A stretch of DNA of 64,000 nt, taken from the NCBI GenBank assembly GCA_963846575.1, contig CAWJWJ010000002.1, positions 2,048,001 to 2,112,000 of the forward strand. The letters are read 5' to 3'. Position numbers and translations under genes: made by a program. The notes beneath the pieces were generated by a model. That model did no database searches. It was not told the origin of the DNA and saw only the letters and a program-made list of their open reading frames with translations. Shown one piece after another: positions 21,248 to 34,176 of this stretch. Source of the stretch: an uncultured Nitrospiraceae bacterium. Its GTDB lineage: Bacteria > Nitrospirota > Nitrospiria > Nitrospirales > Nitrospiraceae. Positions within the stretch are counted from its first letter, which is position 1. The number at the start of each line of letters is the position of its first letter.

Positions 21248-22792
21248 ATGTCTTCTCCCACGACTCCTGTCGACATCAAACCCCTCCCCGAGATTGTGCG
21301 CCCCGTCGAGGCCTGCACCCTGGTCATTTTCGGCGGCTCCGGGGACCTCGCGAGGCGTCGTCTGATCCCTGCCCTCTACAATTTACTTCTGGATGGATTG
21401 TTGCCAAGCAAATACGCCGTGATCGGGCTGGGCCGCAAACCGATGAACGATGCGGAATTCCGCAATCTCGTGCGTGAAGGAGTGATCGCGCATTCGCGCC
21501 AGGCCCTGGCGCAGGAGACCTGGCAGGAGTTCGAACGGCACTTGTTCTATATCCAAGGCGAAAATGAATCCCCTCGAACCTACAGCGCGCTCCGTGCCAA
21601 GGCCGAGGAGGTCGAGCGAACCCTGAATCTTCCCGGCAATCGTATTTTTTATCTCAGCATTCCGCCGAGCTCATTTGCGTCCGTCTGCGAAGGATTAGCC
21701 CAAGCGGAGCTGGCCACCCCGCCCTCCGCCGGCACCCCCTACGCGCGCATTATCGTGGAGAAACCGGTCGGTCGCGATCTGGCCACCGCGCAAGAAATCA
21801 ACGAAATCACGGGCAGGGTCTTTGATGAATCTCAGATTTTTCGCATCGACCATTACCTGGGCAAAGAGACGGTCCAGAACCTCATGGTGGTCCGCTTCGC
21901 CAACAGCATTTTCGAGCCGATCTGGAATCATAAATACATCGATCATGTCCAAATCACCGTCAGCGAAAGCGAAGGCGTCGGCACGAGATCCAGCTATTAT
22001 GAGGAAGCGGGGGCGTTGCGCGACATGGTGCAGAATCATCTGCTGCAACTGCTCTGCCTCGTCGCGATGGAACCGCCCTACTCGCTCGATCCCGACGTCG
22101 TCCGCAATGCCAAAATGGAGGTGCTGCGCTGTCTCCGACCGATTGTCGGCAAAGACGTGGAGGAATGCACGGTCCGGGCGCAATACGCGGAAGGCACCGC
22201 CCATGACGGACCGACTCCGGGCTATCGCCGGGACAAGGGCGTCAAACCGAACTCCACCACGGAAACTTTTGTAGCGGTCAAAGCCTTCGTCGAAAACTGG
22301 CGCTGGTCCGGCGTGCCGTTTTACCTCCGCACAGGCAAGGCCTTGCCCAAACGAGCCAGTGAAGTGGCCGTCCAGTTCAAGGACATTCCGCAAATTTTGT
22401 TCAATGCCGACCATCTGCATCCCCAACCGGCCAATGTCCTTGCCTTGCGGATCCAGCCGGACGAGGGGCTCTCACTGCGCATCGTCTCGCGCGTCCCCGG
22501 TACCCGCGCACAAACCCATCCGGTCGAAATGGATTTTCAGTACTGCGAGGTGTTCGGACGCCCCTCTCCGGAAGCGTACGAACGGTTATTGCTCGATGTC
22601 ATGACCGGCGACGCGTCCCGCTTCATGCGCCGGGATGCGGTGGAGGCATCCTGGGCCTGGGTGACCAACATTCTGGAGGGATGGGCCCAGCAGAATTTGC
22701 GCGGGCTGCCCGAGTACCCCGCCGGAACCTGGGGCCCGATGGAAGCCGAGCGGCTGATTCAAAATGACGGCCGCACCTGGCGAGAGCTCTAA
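21248..22792 (+). CDS. zwf: Glucose-6-phosphate 1-dehydrogenase
   Basis: FGGSGDL, EKP.G, RIDHYLGKETVQN, DMVQNH, PFYLRTGK. Confidence 0.97.
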   Translation: MSSPTTPVDIKPLPEIVRPVEACTLVIFGGSGDLARRRLIPALYNLLLDGLLPSKYAVIGLGRKPMNDAEFRNLVREGVIAHSRQALAQETWQEFERHLFYIQGENESPRTYSALRAKAEEVERTLNLPGNRIFYLSIPPSSFASVCEGLAQAELATPPSAGTPYARIIVEKPVGRDLATAQEINEITGRVFDESQIFRIDHYLGKETVQNLMVVRFANSIFEPIWNHKYIDHVQITVSESEGVGTRSSYYEEAGALRDMVQNHLLQLLCLVAMEPPYSLDPDVVRNAKMEVLRCLRPIVGKDVEECTVRAQYAEGTAHDGPTPGYRRDKGVKPNSTTETFVAVKAFVENWRWSGVPFYLRTGKALPKRASEVAVQFKDIPQILFNADHLHPQPANVLALRIQPDEGLSLRIVSRVPGTRAQTHPVEMDFQYCEVFGRPSPEAYERLLLDVMTGDASRFMRRDAVEASWAWVTNILEGWAQQNLRGLPEYPAGTWGPMEAERLIQNDGRTWREL

Positions 22793-23106
22793 TCAGCGAG
22801 GGACAACTGCTGCCGAATTTCGTCTTTCCTCCCGATGCCCCCGATAAACCGCACGAATGATCCTCGTTCGAAAAGCGCCAAGGCAGGCAGCGAACTGATC
22901 TCGAGTTCAGCAGGAATTTGAAAATTCTCCTGCACGTTCATCTTCAGGATCGTCACCTGCGGCCCTACCTCGTGCTGCAACTGCTCGAGCTGCGACAGGA
23001 GTGCCATGCAGTGCCCACAACCCGGCTGCCAGAATTCGACCAAGACCGGCATCGCAGCCTGCTCGACCATCCGTGCAAAATCACGATCGGTGACGTCTCC
23101 GATCAT
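22789..23106 (-). CDS. Thioredoxin-family protein (CGHC)
   Basis: PVLVEFWQPGCGHC, ISSLP cis-Pro loop. Confidence 0.85.
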   Translation of the reverse strand: MIGDVTDRDFARMVEQAAMPVLVEFWQPGCGHCMALLSQLEQLQHEVGPQVTILKMNVQENFQIPAELEISSLPALALFERGSFVRFIGGIGRKDEIRQQLSLAD

Positions 23107-23774
23107 GACCGGACCTGGCTGGAGGCTATCAGGCGGGCAATCGACCCGGGAGCGGAAAACAATTGTTCGTAGAGCAGCCGGCCGAAGAGGTGATAACCGG
23201 TGGCCGTCAGGTGGAGACCGTCATTCGAATAAGGCTCTCCCAGCATGAGGGAGTCCGGTTCGGCTGTCGCCCCGAACAGGTCGAAATAAGACAGGCCCTT
23301 TCTCCCGGCATAGTCTGCGATCAACCCGTTCAGGATCTGCCGTCGCTGGATGTGCGTCGCCAGCCAGGAGGCCGCCTCGGGATTGTCACGGCCGACCTCC
23401 ACACGAATGGACGGCACAGTCACAGGGACAGGGGTAATCGAGGCGGCCCTTGCCAGCTCAAACATCTTGGTAAGATTCCGCATGATCTCCTGGGGATCCG
23501 CGTTCCATCCCAGGTCATTGGTCCCTCCCAGTATAATCACAATCTGAGGATGACGATGCAGCACAGCGTCACGGAACCGCAGGACCATCTCGCCGGTCAC
23601 TTCGCCACAGACTCCGCTGATCTCCACACGGGCTCGACGACCCAGCTTCTCCTGTAATACCTGCCCGTAGGGAAGATCCTCCGCATGGGGATGGGCGGGA
23701 TCGGGTGTTTGATAGCCGGCCGTGAGACTGTCGCCAAAACAAAGAATGAGGGGCGTACTCTGCACATTCTCCAT
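23103..23774 (-). CDS. SGNH/GDSL hydrolase
   Basis: FGDSLTAG, GGTND, DGLH. Confidence 0.9.
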   Translation of the reverse strand: MENVQSTPLILCFGDSLTAGYQTPDPAHPHAEDLPYGQVLQEKLGRRARVEISGVCGEVTGEMVLRFRDAVLHRHPQIVIILGGTNDLGWNADPQEIMRNLTKMFELARAASITPVPVTVPSIRVEVGRDNPEAASWLATHIQRRQILNGLIADYAGRKGLSYFDLFGATAEPDSLMLGEPYSNDGLHLTATGYHLFGRLLYEQLFSAPGSIARLIASSQVRS

Positions 23775-23928
23775 ACCCCGAATTCTAACCTCCCGGATGA
23801 CACCGTGCAATTGGATGGCCTTCAACCATGCACTGCAACCGGCCACGAACAGGCGGCAGATGAACCGGAGCTGCGCGGAGCGGCTATTTCCTTGACGAAT
23901 GAGGAACCTCAGGGTAGGACTGAACCAT

Positions 23929-25791
23929 ATGGACGCTCCGAAGCGCATCGAGCGCGAAAATCCGCCCGGACCCTTTGCAAAAGAAGGCAGCGATCCTGAA
24001 GTCACTGCAGTCAAGCAGTTGCTCAAACTGCTGGACAGGGCGGCCAGGTCAGCCCGGACCTACGGCACACAGAATGCCGTCGCCCAGCGATTTTTCAAGC
24101 AGTTTTACGACCAATTGACGCGTCATCTCTCGCGTCATACCCAACTCGTTTTGTTAGTCCAACGCAATCAACTCCTGCTCAAAGATCAGGTTGTGTACGA
24201 ACCGGAGCGGGATGCGTCCGGGGAGAGTTTCGCCTTCAAAATGTATTCGGACGGAATTCGCGAAATAACCTTCCACCAAGAGCTGACCGAAGCCGAGCTC
24301 TCATTTTTTCTGTGTGCCTTGTGGGGAGTCCCCTCCAGCGAAACAGCATCGGAGGAAGAAGCCACCATTGAAGATGACGACGATATCGTCACTCGCCTGT
24401 GGGGAAAGGACATTTCCACCATCTCGCTGGTGACGGCGGAAGAACTGGTGCGGTCCTCGGGCTTCGGCACTGCCGAATTTGAGCTGCAGACCGAAGGGTA
24501 TATGAATCAGCCGGTGACGTCCTTGCGGGAAATCCTTGACCGCGAGCGCGCCGCACAGTCCCAGGCCGATGGGCGCCCCGAGGGTGAAGAAGGTCACGAG
24601 GACAATGGCGCGTCGAACGGAGCCGCCGAATCCGCCCCGGCAAGAAACCCGCGCTTGCAAGCCGGCGTCGTCGGATATGAGGTGTCCCGGGCCGAACTCG
24701 AGGCGTTGAGCCAGGAAATCAAGACAGAATCCTCGCGCGATGCCGTGCAGTACATTCTCAATATTTTCACAGCCGTTCTGGCGTCAGAGCAGTCTCCGGC
24801 TCTCCTGACCAAACTTTTCGAGGTGTGGGACGGCGTCCTGGATGCGCTCCTTTCCAACGGCCAATGGACGATGCTCGAAACGGTGATGACACTGCTTCAA
24901 GAGACCGAGGAAGTTCGACCGGACCTGTCGGAAAGCCACAAGCAGCAGGTCGCGGGGCTCTTCGCCGGGTTGGCACGCCCCGATCGCTTGAAAAGTATCG
25001 GGACCCACCTGAACCGGACGCCCCATGCCAAGACCGAGGGGCTTCTCACGATCCTCCTCATGATGACCAAAGATGCGGTCCCGGGAGTATGCTCCCTCCT
25101 GGCTGCTTTGGAGGGACCTGAGCACCAGGCGGTCGTCATGGAAGCCTTGCAGACCATTGCAAAGGACAATGCCGACCCGGTGGTGCGGGGGTTGACCGAC
25201 AAACGACCGCTGTACGTGAAAAACCTGCTCACACTGATCGGTCGTTGGCGCGACGCTCGCCTTGCCGATCCTGTCGAAAAGGCCGTTCGGCACCCGGACG
25301 CAACCGTGCGACGCCATGCCCTTCGTCTACTGGCGACATTCCGCCCGTCCGGCAACGGGAACAAGTTCGTGGGCTTGCTGAGCGATGCAGACGAAACAGT
25401 GCGTCTGACAGCCATGAAGATACTTGCCAACGGGCAGTTTCAGGCTCCCTTTGCTCTGTGGGCGCCCTTCATCAGGGCGGAGGATTTTCACAACCGCTCC
25501 TCCGCGGAGAAGCGAGCCATCTACCTTGCGATGAAACAGACCGCCGCAGAAGAGGCCATTCCGTACTGGCAGGGATTGTTGACCGAATGGTGCTGGACCA
25601 ATCGAAAGAAGAAGGAAGAGCTGGCACTACTGGCCGCGGATATACTCGGCAGGTTGGCCACCCCGGCGGCCATGGCGGCACTGGAAGTCGGTCAAAAAAA
25701 AGGCAGCGCGGTCATTCGAGAGGCCTGCGCCACTGCGCTGTCGATCGCCAACCGCCAGCAGCAGACCTTGCCTCAGGCGGCTAATTCCTGA
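23929..25791 (+). CDS. HEAT-repeat protein
   Basis: C-terminal HPDATVRRHALRLL / DADETVRLTA repeats; upstream of the HD-GYP gene. Confidence 0.8.
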   Translation: MDAPKRIERENPPGPFAKEGSDPEVTAVKQLLKLLDRAARSARTYGTQNAVAQRFFKQFYDQLTRHLSRHTQLVLLVQRNQLLLKDQVVYEPERDASGESFAFKMYSDGIREITFHQELTEAELSFFLCALWGVPSSETASEEEATIEDDDDIVTRLWGKDISTISLVTAEELVRSSGFGTAEFELQTEGYMNQPVTSLREILDRERAAQSQADGRPEGEEGHEDNGASNGAAESAPARNPRLQAGVVGYEVSRAELEALSQEIKTESSRDAVQYILNIFTAVLASEQSPALLTKLFEVWDGVLDALLSNGQWTMLETVMTLLQETEEVRPDLSESHKQQVAGLFAGLARPDRLKSIGTHLNRTPHAKTEGLLTILLMMTKDAVPGVCSLLAALEGPEHQAVVMEALQTIAKDNADPVVRGLTDKRPLYVKNLLTLIGRWRDARLADPVEKAVRHPDATVRRHALRLLATFRPSGNGNKFVGLLSDADETVRLTAMKILANGQFQAPFALWAPFIRAEDFHNRSSAEKRAIYLAMKQTAAEEAIPYWQGLLTEWCWTNRKKKEELALLAADILGRLATPAAMAALEVGQKKGSAVIREACATALSIANRQQQTLPQAANS

Positions 25792-25810
25792 TTGTCAGGA
25801 GAACAGCACC

Positions 25811-27406
25811 GTGAGCGATTCTCCCTCTCGTCCCTCCCCTACTCCCCACGCGGATGCGGTGCATCCGATCTTGACTCATGAGCGATCGCTCGCCAATAAA
25901 ATCGCCAAAGGGTCGGAGGCGGGCGACATCCTGGACCAGCAGATGGCCATGCTGGGCATTCAACTGGTATCCCAGTTGAACGTGCTGATTAAAACATCAC
26001 GCATTCATGGACGCACGAATGCGGCGCTCGATCACCCGGTCGATTCGATGCTGACTTTGGTCAAGACACTGGCTGCGGATCGCCCGGTGGTGGTGCGATT
26101 GCAGAATGACTTTTTGTTTCTCGGTGACAACCACCTGAAGATGAATGCACAGCAGATGACCGTCTTTGGAAGCATTATCGAGGCGCTGAATAAATGGCGC
26201 GTGGGCAGCGTGTCCTTTACCTCGACCACCGGAGCAAGAGACCTGCGCGAGTTTGCCTACCTCTTCGTCAGCCTTGACCCGGAAAAGCTGACACTCGCCG
26301 ATCTGCAGGAGGCGATGACCACCGCGAACGTCAAGGGCATCGAATTGGAAGAACCCCGCGTCCTTTCTCTCCACCTTGACCCGGGTCAGTCGGCAGGCGG
26401 CAGCCTCATGTCCGACGCAGGGACATCATCCAGCGGCTCGGAAGACCCCAAACAAAGAGCCAAAGCAAGAGCCAAGGGCGGATACGCCAAGGCGGTCGCA
26501 GCCGTCGGGGATTTGGCCCAAAATACACGCGCCAGCGGACGAGTAACCTTCAAGCAGGCCAAACGCGCCATCCAAAATATCGTCGAGCTCATGATGCAGG
26601 ACGAATCCACGATCCTGGGACTCACCAACCTGCGGAGCCATGACCAATATACGCACAACCATTCCGTGAATGTAGCGCTCCTCGCCATGGCGTTGGGTAA
26701 TCGAGCCGGATATCCCAAACTCGATCTCGCCGATCTCGGCTTATCGGCACTCTTCCATGATGTGGGCAAGTGCGCCATCTCGCTGGACCTGCTGAATAAG
26801 CCCGGAGAATTCACCCAGGAAGAGTGGACCATCATGCGTTCACATCCCACAGAAGGCGTCTTCACCCTCGTCAGATCCAGAGGCATTACTAAGGTCCCGG
26901 CCAGGATGGCGGCCGCCTCCTTCGAGCATCATATGAACTATGACTACTCCGGCTATCCCAAACTTCGCGTGCCCTGGACGCAGTCGGTCGGAAGCCGGAT
27001 CATCACCATTGCCGATTGCTACGATGCGATGACGTCCTCACGCGTGTATCGCCGGGAACCCATGTCGCCGTCGAACGTCCTCAAGTTCATGTTCAGCAAA
27101 AGCGGGCAGTCCTTTGATCCGGTGCTGTTAAAACTGTTCGTGAACTGCGTCGGCATAATTCCAATCGGCAGTCTGGTGCGACTCGACTCCGGGCCGCTGG
27201 CGGTAGTGTTGAAGCCGGCAGCAACCAGGGAGGACGCCGAACGTCCGACGGTAAAGGTGATTACGGATGTGACGGGCGCACCACTCGAAGAAGGACCCGA
27301 ACTCGACCTCACCGAACGGGATGACACCGGAGTCTACCGGCACAGCGTCGTTCAACTCGTAGACAACACCGAACACCACTTCAACACGAGCCGATATTTC
27401 GTCTAG
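25811..27406 (+). CDS. HD-GYP domain phosphodiesterase
   Basis: YTHNHS.NV, HDVGK, EHH...SGYP, ADCYDAMTS.R.YR. Confidence 0.9.
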   Translation: MSDSPSRPSPTPHADAVHPILTHERSLANKIAKGSEAGDILDQQMAMLGIQLVSQLNVLIKTSRIHGRTNAALDHPVDSMLTLVKTLAADRPVVVRLQNDFLFLGDNHLKMNAQQMTVFGSIIEALNKWRVGSVSFTSTTGARDLREFAYLFVSLDPEKLTLADLQEAMTTANVKGIELEEPRVLSLHLDPGQSAGGSLMSDAGTSSSGSEDPKQRAKARAKGGYAKAVAAVGDLAQNTRASGRVTFKQAKRAIQNIVELMMQDESTILGLTNLRSHDQYTHNHSVNVALLAMALGNRAGYPKLDLADLGLSALFHDVGKCAISLDLLNKPGEFTQEEWTIMRSHPTEGVFTLVRSRGITKVPARMAAASFEHHMNYDYSGYPKLRVPWTQSVGSRIITIADCYDAMTSSRVYRREPMSPSNVLKFMFSKSGQSFDPVLLKLFVNCVGIIPIGSLVRLDSGPLAVVLKPAATREDAERPTVKVITDVTGAPLEEGPELDLTERDDTGVYRHSVVQLVDNTEHHFNTSRYFV

Positions 27407-27438
27407 CTGCTCCGGCGGACTACCAGACGCTCTCTCAC

Positions 27439-27840
27439 CTAACGCTTGCTCTCCGGTGGCGGCCAATCCATTTCTGTTTGTCTGCCGCAGTAGAAGCAGG
27501 CGACCCGATACTTGGCCTTTCGACGGGGGTTAGGCATCGAGATAAAGACCACCGGGGTCTCATCGAACGGGCATACCGGTTGCTGATGCATGAGATGTTC
27601 GTCCGCCATCAATTCCAATGAGGCGTTATCCCAGGGTGGCGCAAGCTGTTCGAGGCCGGTGACTCTGGTCTTCCAGCCGCACCGTTCACATTGGGCGTCG
27701 AAGGTTTTGATGCGATCCCGCGTTTGTGACTGATCAATGATTTCGACCGGGCCCGGACAGCCGGCACGCTCACAGCTGATCGATTCATGCTGAAGTGCTT
27801 TGACAAACAGATGATGGGAATGCTGCTGATCCGAAAGCAT
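27439..27840 (-). CDS. Hypothetical Cys-rich (zinc-ribbon-like) protein
   Basis: CERAGC, CERC, CPFD, CFYC; AAGGAG RBS before ATG 27840. Confidence 0.7.
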   Translation of the reverse strand: MLSDQQHSHHLFVKALQHESISCERAGCPGPVEIIDQSQTRDRIKTFDAQCERCGWKTRVTGLEQLAPPWDNASLELMADEHLMHQQPVCPFDETPVVFISMPNPRRKAKYRVACFYCGRQTEMDWPPPESKR

Positions 27841-28042
27841 CCTGAACTCCTTTCGCGCTGAACCCCGATGCACCACACTGACTATTGAATCCATCGCTCA
27901 CCTGCTGGCTTATAACCACCGTTCACCTCCCTGTCAAACCGTGCCGGGACCCGTTATGGTCCTCCTTGACACCCTTTCCCCGGGCGGCTATTCTCCCAAA
28001 GTTTCTGACAGCGACAATTTTTTCGGCGAAAGGAGTCCTGAG

Positions 28043-28600
28043 ATGGGTGTGAAGTGGCAAGGAGCAGGCCGGCTCGCGGCGATGGTCGGCGTTCTCGTCG
28101 CCGCGACCCTTGGCTTGTCCTCGACAAGCCCGGCAGCGGAATTCAAAATGGGAGTCATTGACCCCCAGGTGGTCCTGGAAAAGAGCAAGGCCGGCAAGCG
28201 AGCGTTAGACGGGTTGCGCGAGTATGTGGCCACACGGCAAAAGCTACTGTCCCGGGACGAAGAGGAGTTGCGCAACAGCGAAAAACAACTCAAGGAACAG
28301 GCCTCGAAACTGAGCGAGACCGAAAAGAAGGACAAGGAGACCTCGTTCCGCAGCAAGATTCAGGAATACCAGAAGCGAGCCCAGGAATTTAACCAGGAAC
28401 TGCAGGGCAAGCAAAAGGAACTCGTCGACGAGTACATGAAAAAGATTGCGGTGGCGACGCAGACGGTCGCGGATAAGGGCGGCTACCAGCTGGTGCTGGA
28501 CAAGGGCAGCGAACAGACCGTGAAAATCGTCATATTCAATAAGGACACGATCGATCTGACCGAACAGGTCATCAAGGAGTTTGATCGAACGAACAAATAG
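28043..28600 (+). CDS. skp: Periplasmic chaperone Skp/OmpH
   Basis: Signal peptide, KMGVID, coiled coil, DLTEQVIK. Confidence 0.9.
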   Translation: MGVKWQGAGRLAAMVGVLVAATLGLSSTSPAAEFKMGVIDPQVVLEKSKAGKRALDGLREYVATRQKLLSRDEEELRNSEKQLKEQASKLSETEKKDKETSFRSKIQEYQKRAQEFNQELQGKQKELVDEYMKKIAVATQTVADKGGYQLVLDKGSEQTVKIVIFNKDTIDLTEQVIKEFDRTNK

Positions 28601-28603
28601 AAC

Positions 28604-29674
28604 CTACTCACTGAGTAGGTCTTGCCGAATATGCTCCACCAGCTGATCAAATGCTGGTGGAGCCGAATCGACTGCACCGCTGACGACTTCCACCGCTCCG
28701 CCGGAACCTACGCCCAGTCCTAGAGCAGCCGCACGTTTGACCTGCCGCTGATCGCCGATCCGTTGGCCCTGGAGCTTGGGCCAGGTGCCGAATGAACGCA
28801 GCAGGGCGATCGCTACCAGGTCCACCGCAACCCGATCGCCGCTACATATCAGGAGGTCCGTCTGCGCCGCGGTACCCGACGTAGGACCGCCTTCGATCAT
28901 GATGGTGGTGCCGTCAGCCACGGTGAGCACGGGATGCACGGCGAGGTTCAATTCGGCGATCCGTTCATGCCAGTCTCCTGTCCAGAACGTGACCGAGGGG
29001 CGATATCTCGGATGGACCGCTCCCACGAAATTTTTCAGGCTGCAGGAGAACTCCGCAAAACGATGCGTTTTGATCACGGGCATGTTGATCACCACGTCGG
29101 CATCGTAGACCGGCTGAGAAAAATAGAACTGCGTGAGAGCCCGAGCCTCAGGTGGTTCCATCCGAACCCACGGTTCATCTTCTAAAGCCAGCACCCTGGC
29201 TCCTGCCGCTTCCGCCGCCGGTCCTATTCCTGTGCTGATCAGATTAGCGGAGGTCGGGAGCCGGATGATCCCCGATCCGTCAGCCACCACGATGTCGGCG
29301 GCGCCGCTGGCCTTGACGAGCCTGGTCATCGCGGCCACCACGGACGGGTTCGTCGTGGAAGGAGGCGGCCGGTCGTTTAACACGTTGGGCTTCAAGAGCA
29401 CTCGCTTCCCTTGTAGCCTCAACCGTTCCGCCCCGCCCAGCAAGTCGATGGCGCGTTGAAGCATCCGAGCCGGATCCTTGCCGTGTACGATTGCCACCAG
29501 TGGCTTCCCATTGTGTACGAAGGGATTCTCAGGAATGGGCCTGGGAGAGACCAGCCGTCCCGCTGGATCGAAAAGCAGATGACCGAGGATGGTCCGTGGT
29601 GAACGCAGCAAGGCCGGGAGCAGCAGCAACCCGAATCCGGCGTTATGGAACAATTCACGCCTGGAAAAAGACAT
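28604..29674 (-). CDS. DUF362 domain protein with Tat-like signal
   Basis: SRRELF, VLLKPN, TNP.VV, INMPVIKTH, SLKNFVG, EGGP. Confidence 0.85.
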   Translation of the reverse strand: MSFSRRELFHNAGFGLLLLPALLRSPRTILGHLLFDPAGRLVSPRPIPENPFVHNGKPLVAIVHGKDPARMLQRAIDLLGGAERLRLQGKRVLLKPNVLNDRPPPSTTNPSVVAAMTRLVKASGAADIVVADGSGIIRLPTSANLISTGIGPAAEAAGARVLALEDEPWVRMEPPEARALTQFYFSQPVYDADVVINMPVIKTHRFAEFSCSLKNFVGAVHPRYRPSVTFWTGDWHERIAELNLAVHPVLTVADGTTIMIEGGPTSGTAAQTDLLICSGDRVAVDLVAIALLRSFGTWPKLQGQRIGDQRQVKRAAALGLGVGSGGAVEVVSGAVDSAPPAFDQLVEHIRQDLLSE

Positions 29675-29677
29675 CGA

Positions 29678-30058
29678 TTACGAACGGCGGCCTTGTTCGA
29701 TGGGATACCCGGCGTCGCGCCAGGCCTTGATTCCGCCGTCCATGGAGGTGACGTTTGTGTACCCCATTTGCCGGATACTGTCCGCAGCCAGTACCGATCG
29801 ATACCCGCCGCCGCAGTAGAGGACAATCGCATCCTGTTTGTTCGGTATCACCGTTTCGATATCACGTTCGATGACGCCCTTGCCCAGATGCATGGCCCCG
29901 ACTGCATGATCCTTCTCATACTCATTGTCTTCCCGCACATCCACGAAATGCATTCGCTCGTGCCGATCCAGCTTGGCTTTGACCTCCGCGACAGTACATT
30001 CGCGCACCCGCTGTTTGGCTTCTTCCACCACGTTTACAAAACCGGGGTTGTGTTTCAC
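29678..30058 (-). CDS. Single-domain rhodanese/sulfurtransferase
   Basis: VDVRE, LYCGGGYRS, MDGGIKAW. Confidence 0.9.
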   Translation of the reverse strand: MKHNPGFVNVVEEAKQRVRECTVAEVKAKLDRHERMHFVDVREDNEYEKDHAVGAMHLGKGVIERDIETVIPNKQDAIVLYCGGGYRSVLAADSIRQMGYTNVTSMDGGIKAWRDAGYPIEQGRRS

Positions 30059-30072
30059 AAACGAGTCTCCCT

Positions 30073-31140
30073 TCAAAATAACGATTGTTGTGCTTCAGGA
30101 CGCCGGAAGGTCCGGGGGACCGGACGTTCCTCCGAGATCAAACCGGCGCGGCGGCGGCCAAGGTCAACTAATTGTTCAACACTACGCCAGTAGGTTCCAC
30201 GGCCGTGATGCCGGCTGAAGAATGCGGTATCGTTTAAGGCGCCTCCCCGCACCTCTTGAATGCGATGCACAATTTTTGAGAGCCGATCTGGAAAGGCCTC
30301 GCGCATGCGATCGAGAAACACTTCTTCCACATGTCCGGATAACCGGAGCAAGCTCCACGTTGCGGCCGTCGCCCCGTTGGCCTTGGCCCGCGACAATAGC
30401 CCTGGGATGGCAGCTTCATTCAAACCTGGGATGATCGGCGCGATGGAGATACCGGTCGGAATACCGGCCTCCGAAAGCACACGCATGGTCTCAAAACGTT
30501 TGCTGATGCTGGGTGCTTGCGGTTCCACGGCGCGCGCCGTCTCGTCATCCGCAAAGGCCACACTGAAGTAGACGCGAATCCAGGCTTCTTGGTGCAGTTG
30601 TTGAAATAGGTCCAGATCCCGGATCGGAAGGGCCCCCTTGGTGATGATACCTACCGGGTTCCGATATTCAGCGCAGATTTCAAGGCAGGCCCTCGTCAGG
30701 CCCAGCGTGGCTTCGATGGGTTGGTAGCAATCGGTGTTTCCGGAAAATACAATTAACTCGCCCTTCCAGGATGGTTTGACGAAGGCCTCCCGCAAGAGAG
30801 CCGCCGCCCGCCGCTTGAGAACGAGCTTCGACTCGAAATCCGTGCCGGCGCCGAACCCCAAGTATTCATGGGAGGGCCGAGCGTAACAGTAGGCACACGC
30901 ATGGAAACAGCCACGATAGGGATTAACGCTCCACCGAAAGGGAAGATCCGGACTATCATTGCGGCTCAGGATCTCCTTGGTGTCGTCTTCAAACAATTGA
31001 ATCCCGACAGGTGGCGGCGGTTCGAGGCCCACACGCTGCGTGGGTTCAAACGGATTAGGCGGATTGGACCGGAGCTTCATCACGGGTATCGTGCCGTCGT
31101 CCCCGGGCATTGTCAATTGGCTTTCTACCGCCGTCCCCAT
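30073..31140 (-). CDS. Radical SAM protein, PA0069/Rv2578c (SplB-like) family
   Basis: NPYRGCFHACAYCYARP, TDCYQP.E, APIIPGLN, C-terminal QSLF. Confidence 0.9.
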   Translation of the reverse strand: MGTAVESQLTMPGDDGTIPVMKLRSNPPNPFEPTQRVGLEPPPPVGIQLFEDDTKEILSRNDSPDLPFRWSVNPYRGCFHACAYCYARPSHEYLGFGAGTDFESKLVLKRRAAALLREAFVKPSWKGELIVFSGNTDCYQPIEATLGLTRACLEICAEYRNPVGIITKGALPIRDLDLFQQLHQEAWIRVYFSVAFADDETARAVEPQAPSISKRFETMRVLSEAGIPTGISIAPIIPGLNEAAIPGLLSRAKANGATAATWSLLRLSGHVEEVFLDRMREAFPDRLSKIVHRIQEVRGGALNDTAFFSRHHGRGTYWRSVEQLVDLGRRRAGLISEERPVPRTFRRPEAQQSLF

Positions 31141-31204
31141 TCCGCCCTGGGACCGGTTTCATTGACTAACCTGGCATCCAGTGTTAGATTTCACGCCGCT
31201 TTAA

Positions 31205-33699
<2,495 letters not shown>

Positions 33700-33705
<6 letters not shown>

Positions 33706-34176
33706 GCGCCTGTACTATCAAAGCAGTCATCTCGGGGATGAATTCATATTGCGCAACCCGGACTTTAACCGGATCAATTTGAGCTTTGAAGAAATCGAGG
33801 CGCTCCTCTCACTCGATGTGAAATGGGCGCGTATTTATGGCGGTGGCGGGTACCTTATCCATCGAGAGCCGGCTCTCGACCGATCGAGAGCTCAATGGGA
33901 CTGGAACTGCGAGGGCCTGAATCCGCCGTTCCTTTTCTTGGAGAGGAAGGCCGACATGTCATGGTCGTACCTCTGGAGGCTGCAGATTTTAAAGCGATTG
34001 AACAACTGGGCTGGACGCTGAATACCAATGTGGTGGCCGGGTTTGAAATGAGCAGTTCCCGCGCAAGGCGGCGGGTCCGTTTTCTGATCAGTTACTACAA
34101 CGGCTTCTCGCCCTATGGACAGTTTGCCAACCTCAAGGTGGAGACGGTTGGTGCGAGGATCTATCTTACTTTTTGA
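33700..34176 (+). pseudogene. C-terminal fragment of a DUF1207-like protein, frameshifted
   Basis: RLYYQSSHLGDEF...INLSFE, then YYNGFSPYGQF in another frame; no 5' half. Confidence 0.7.
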
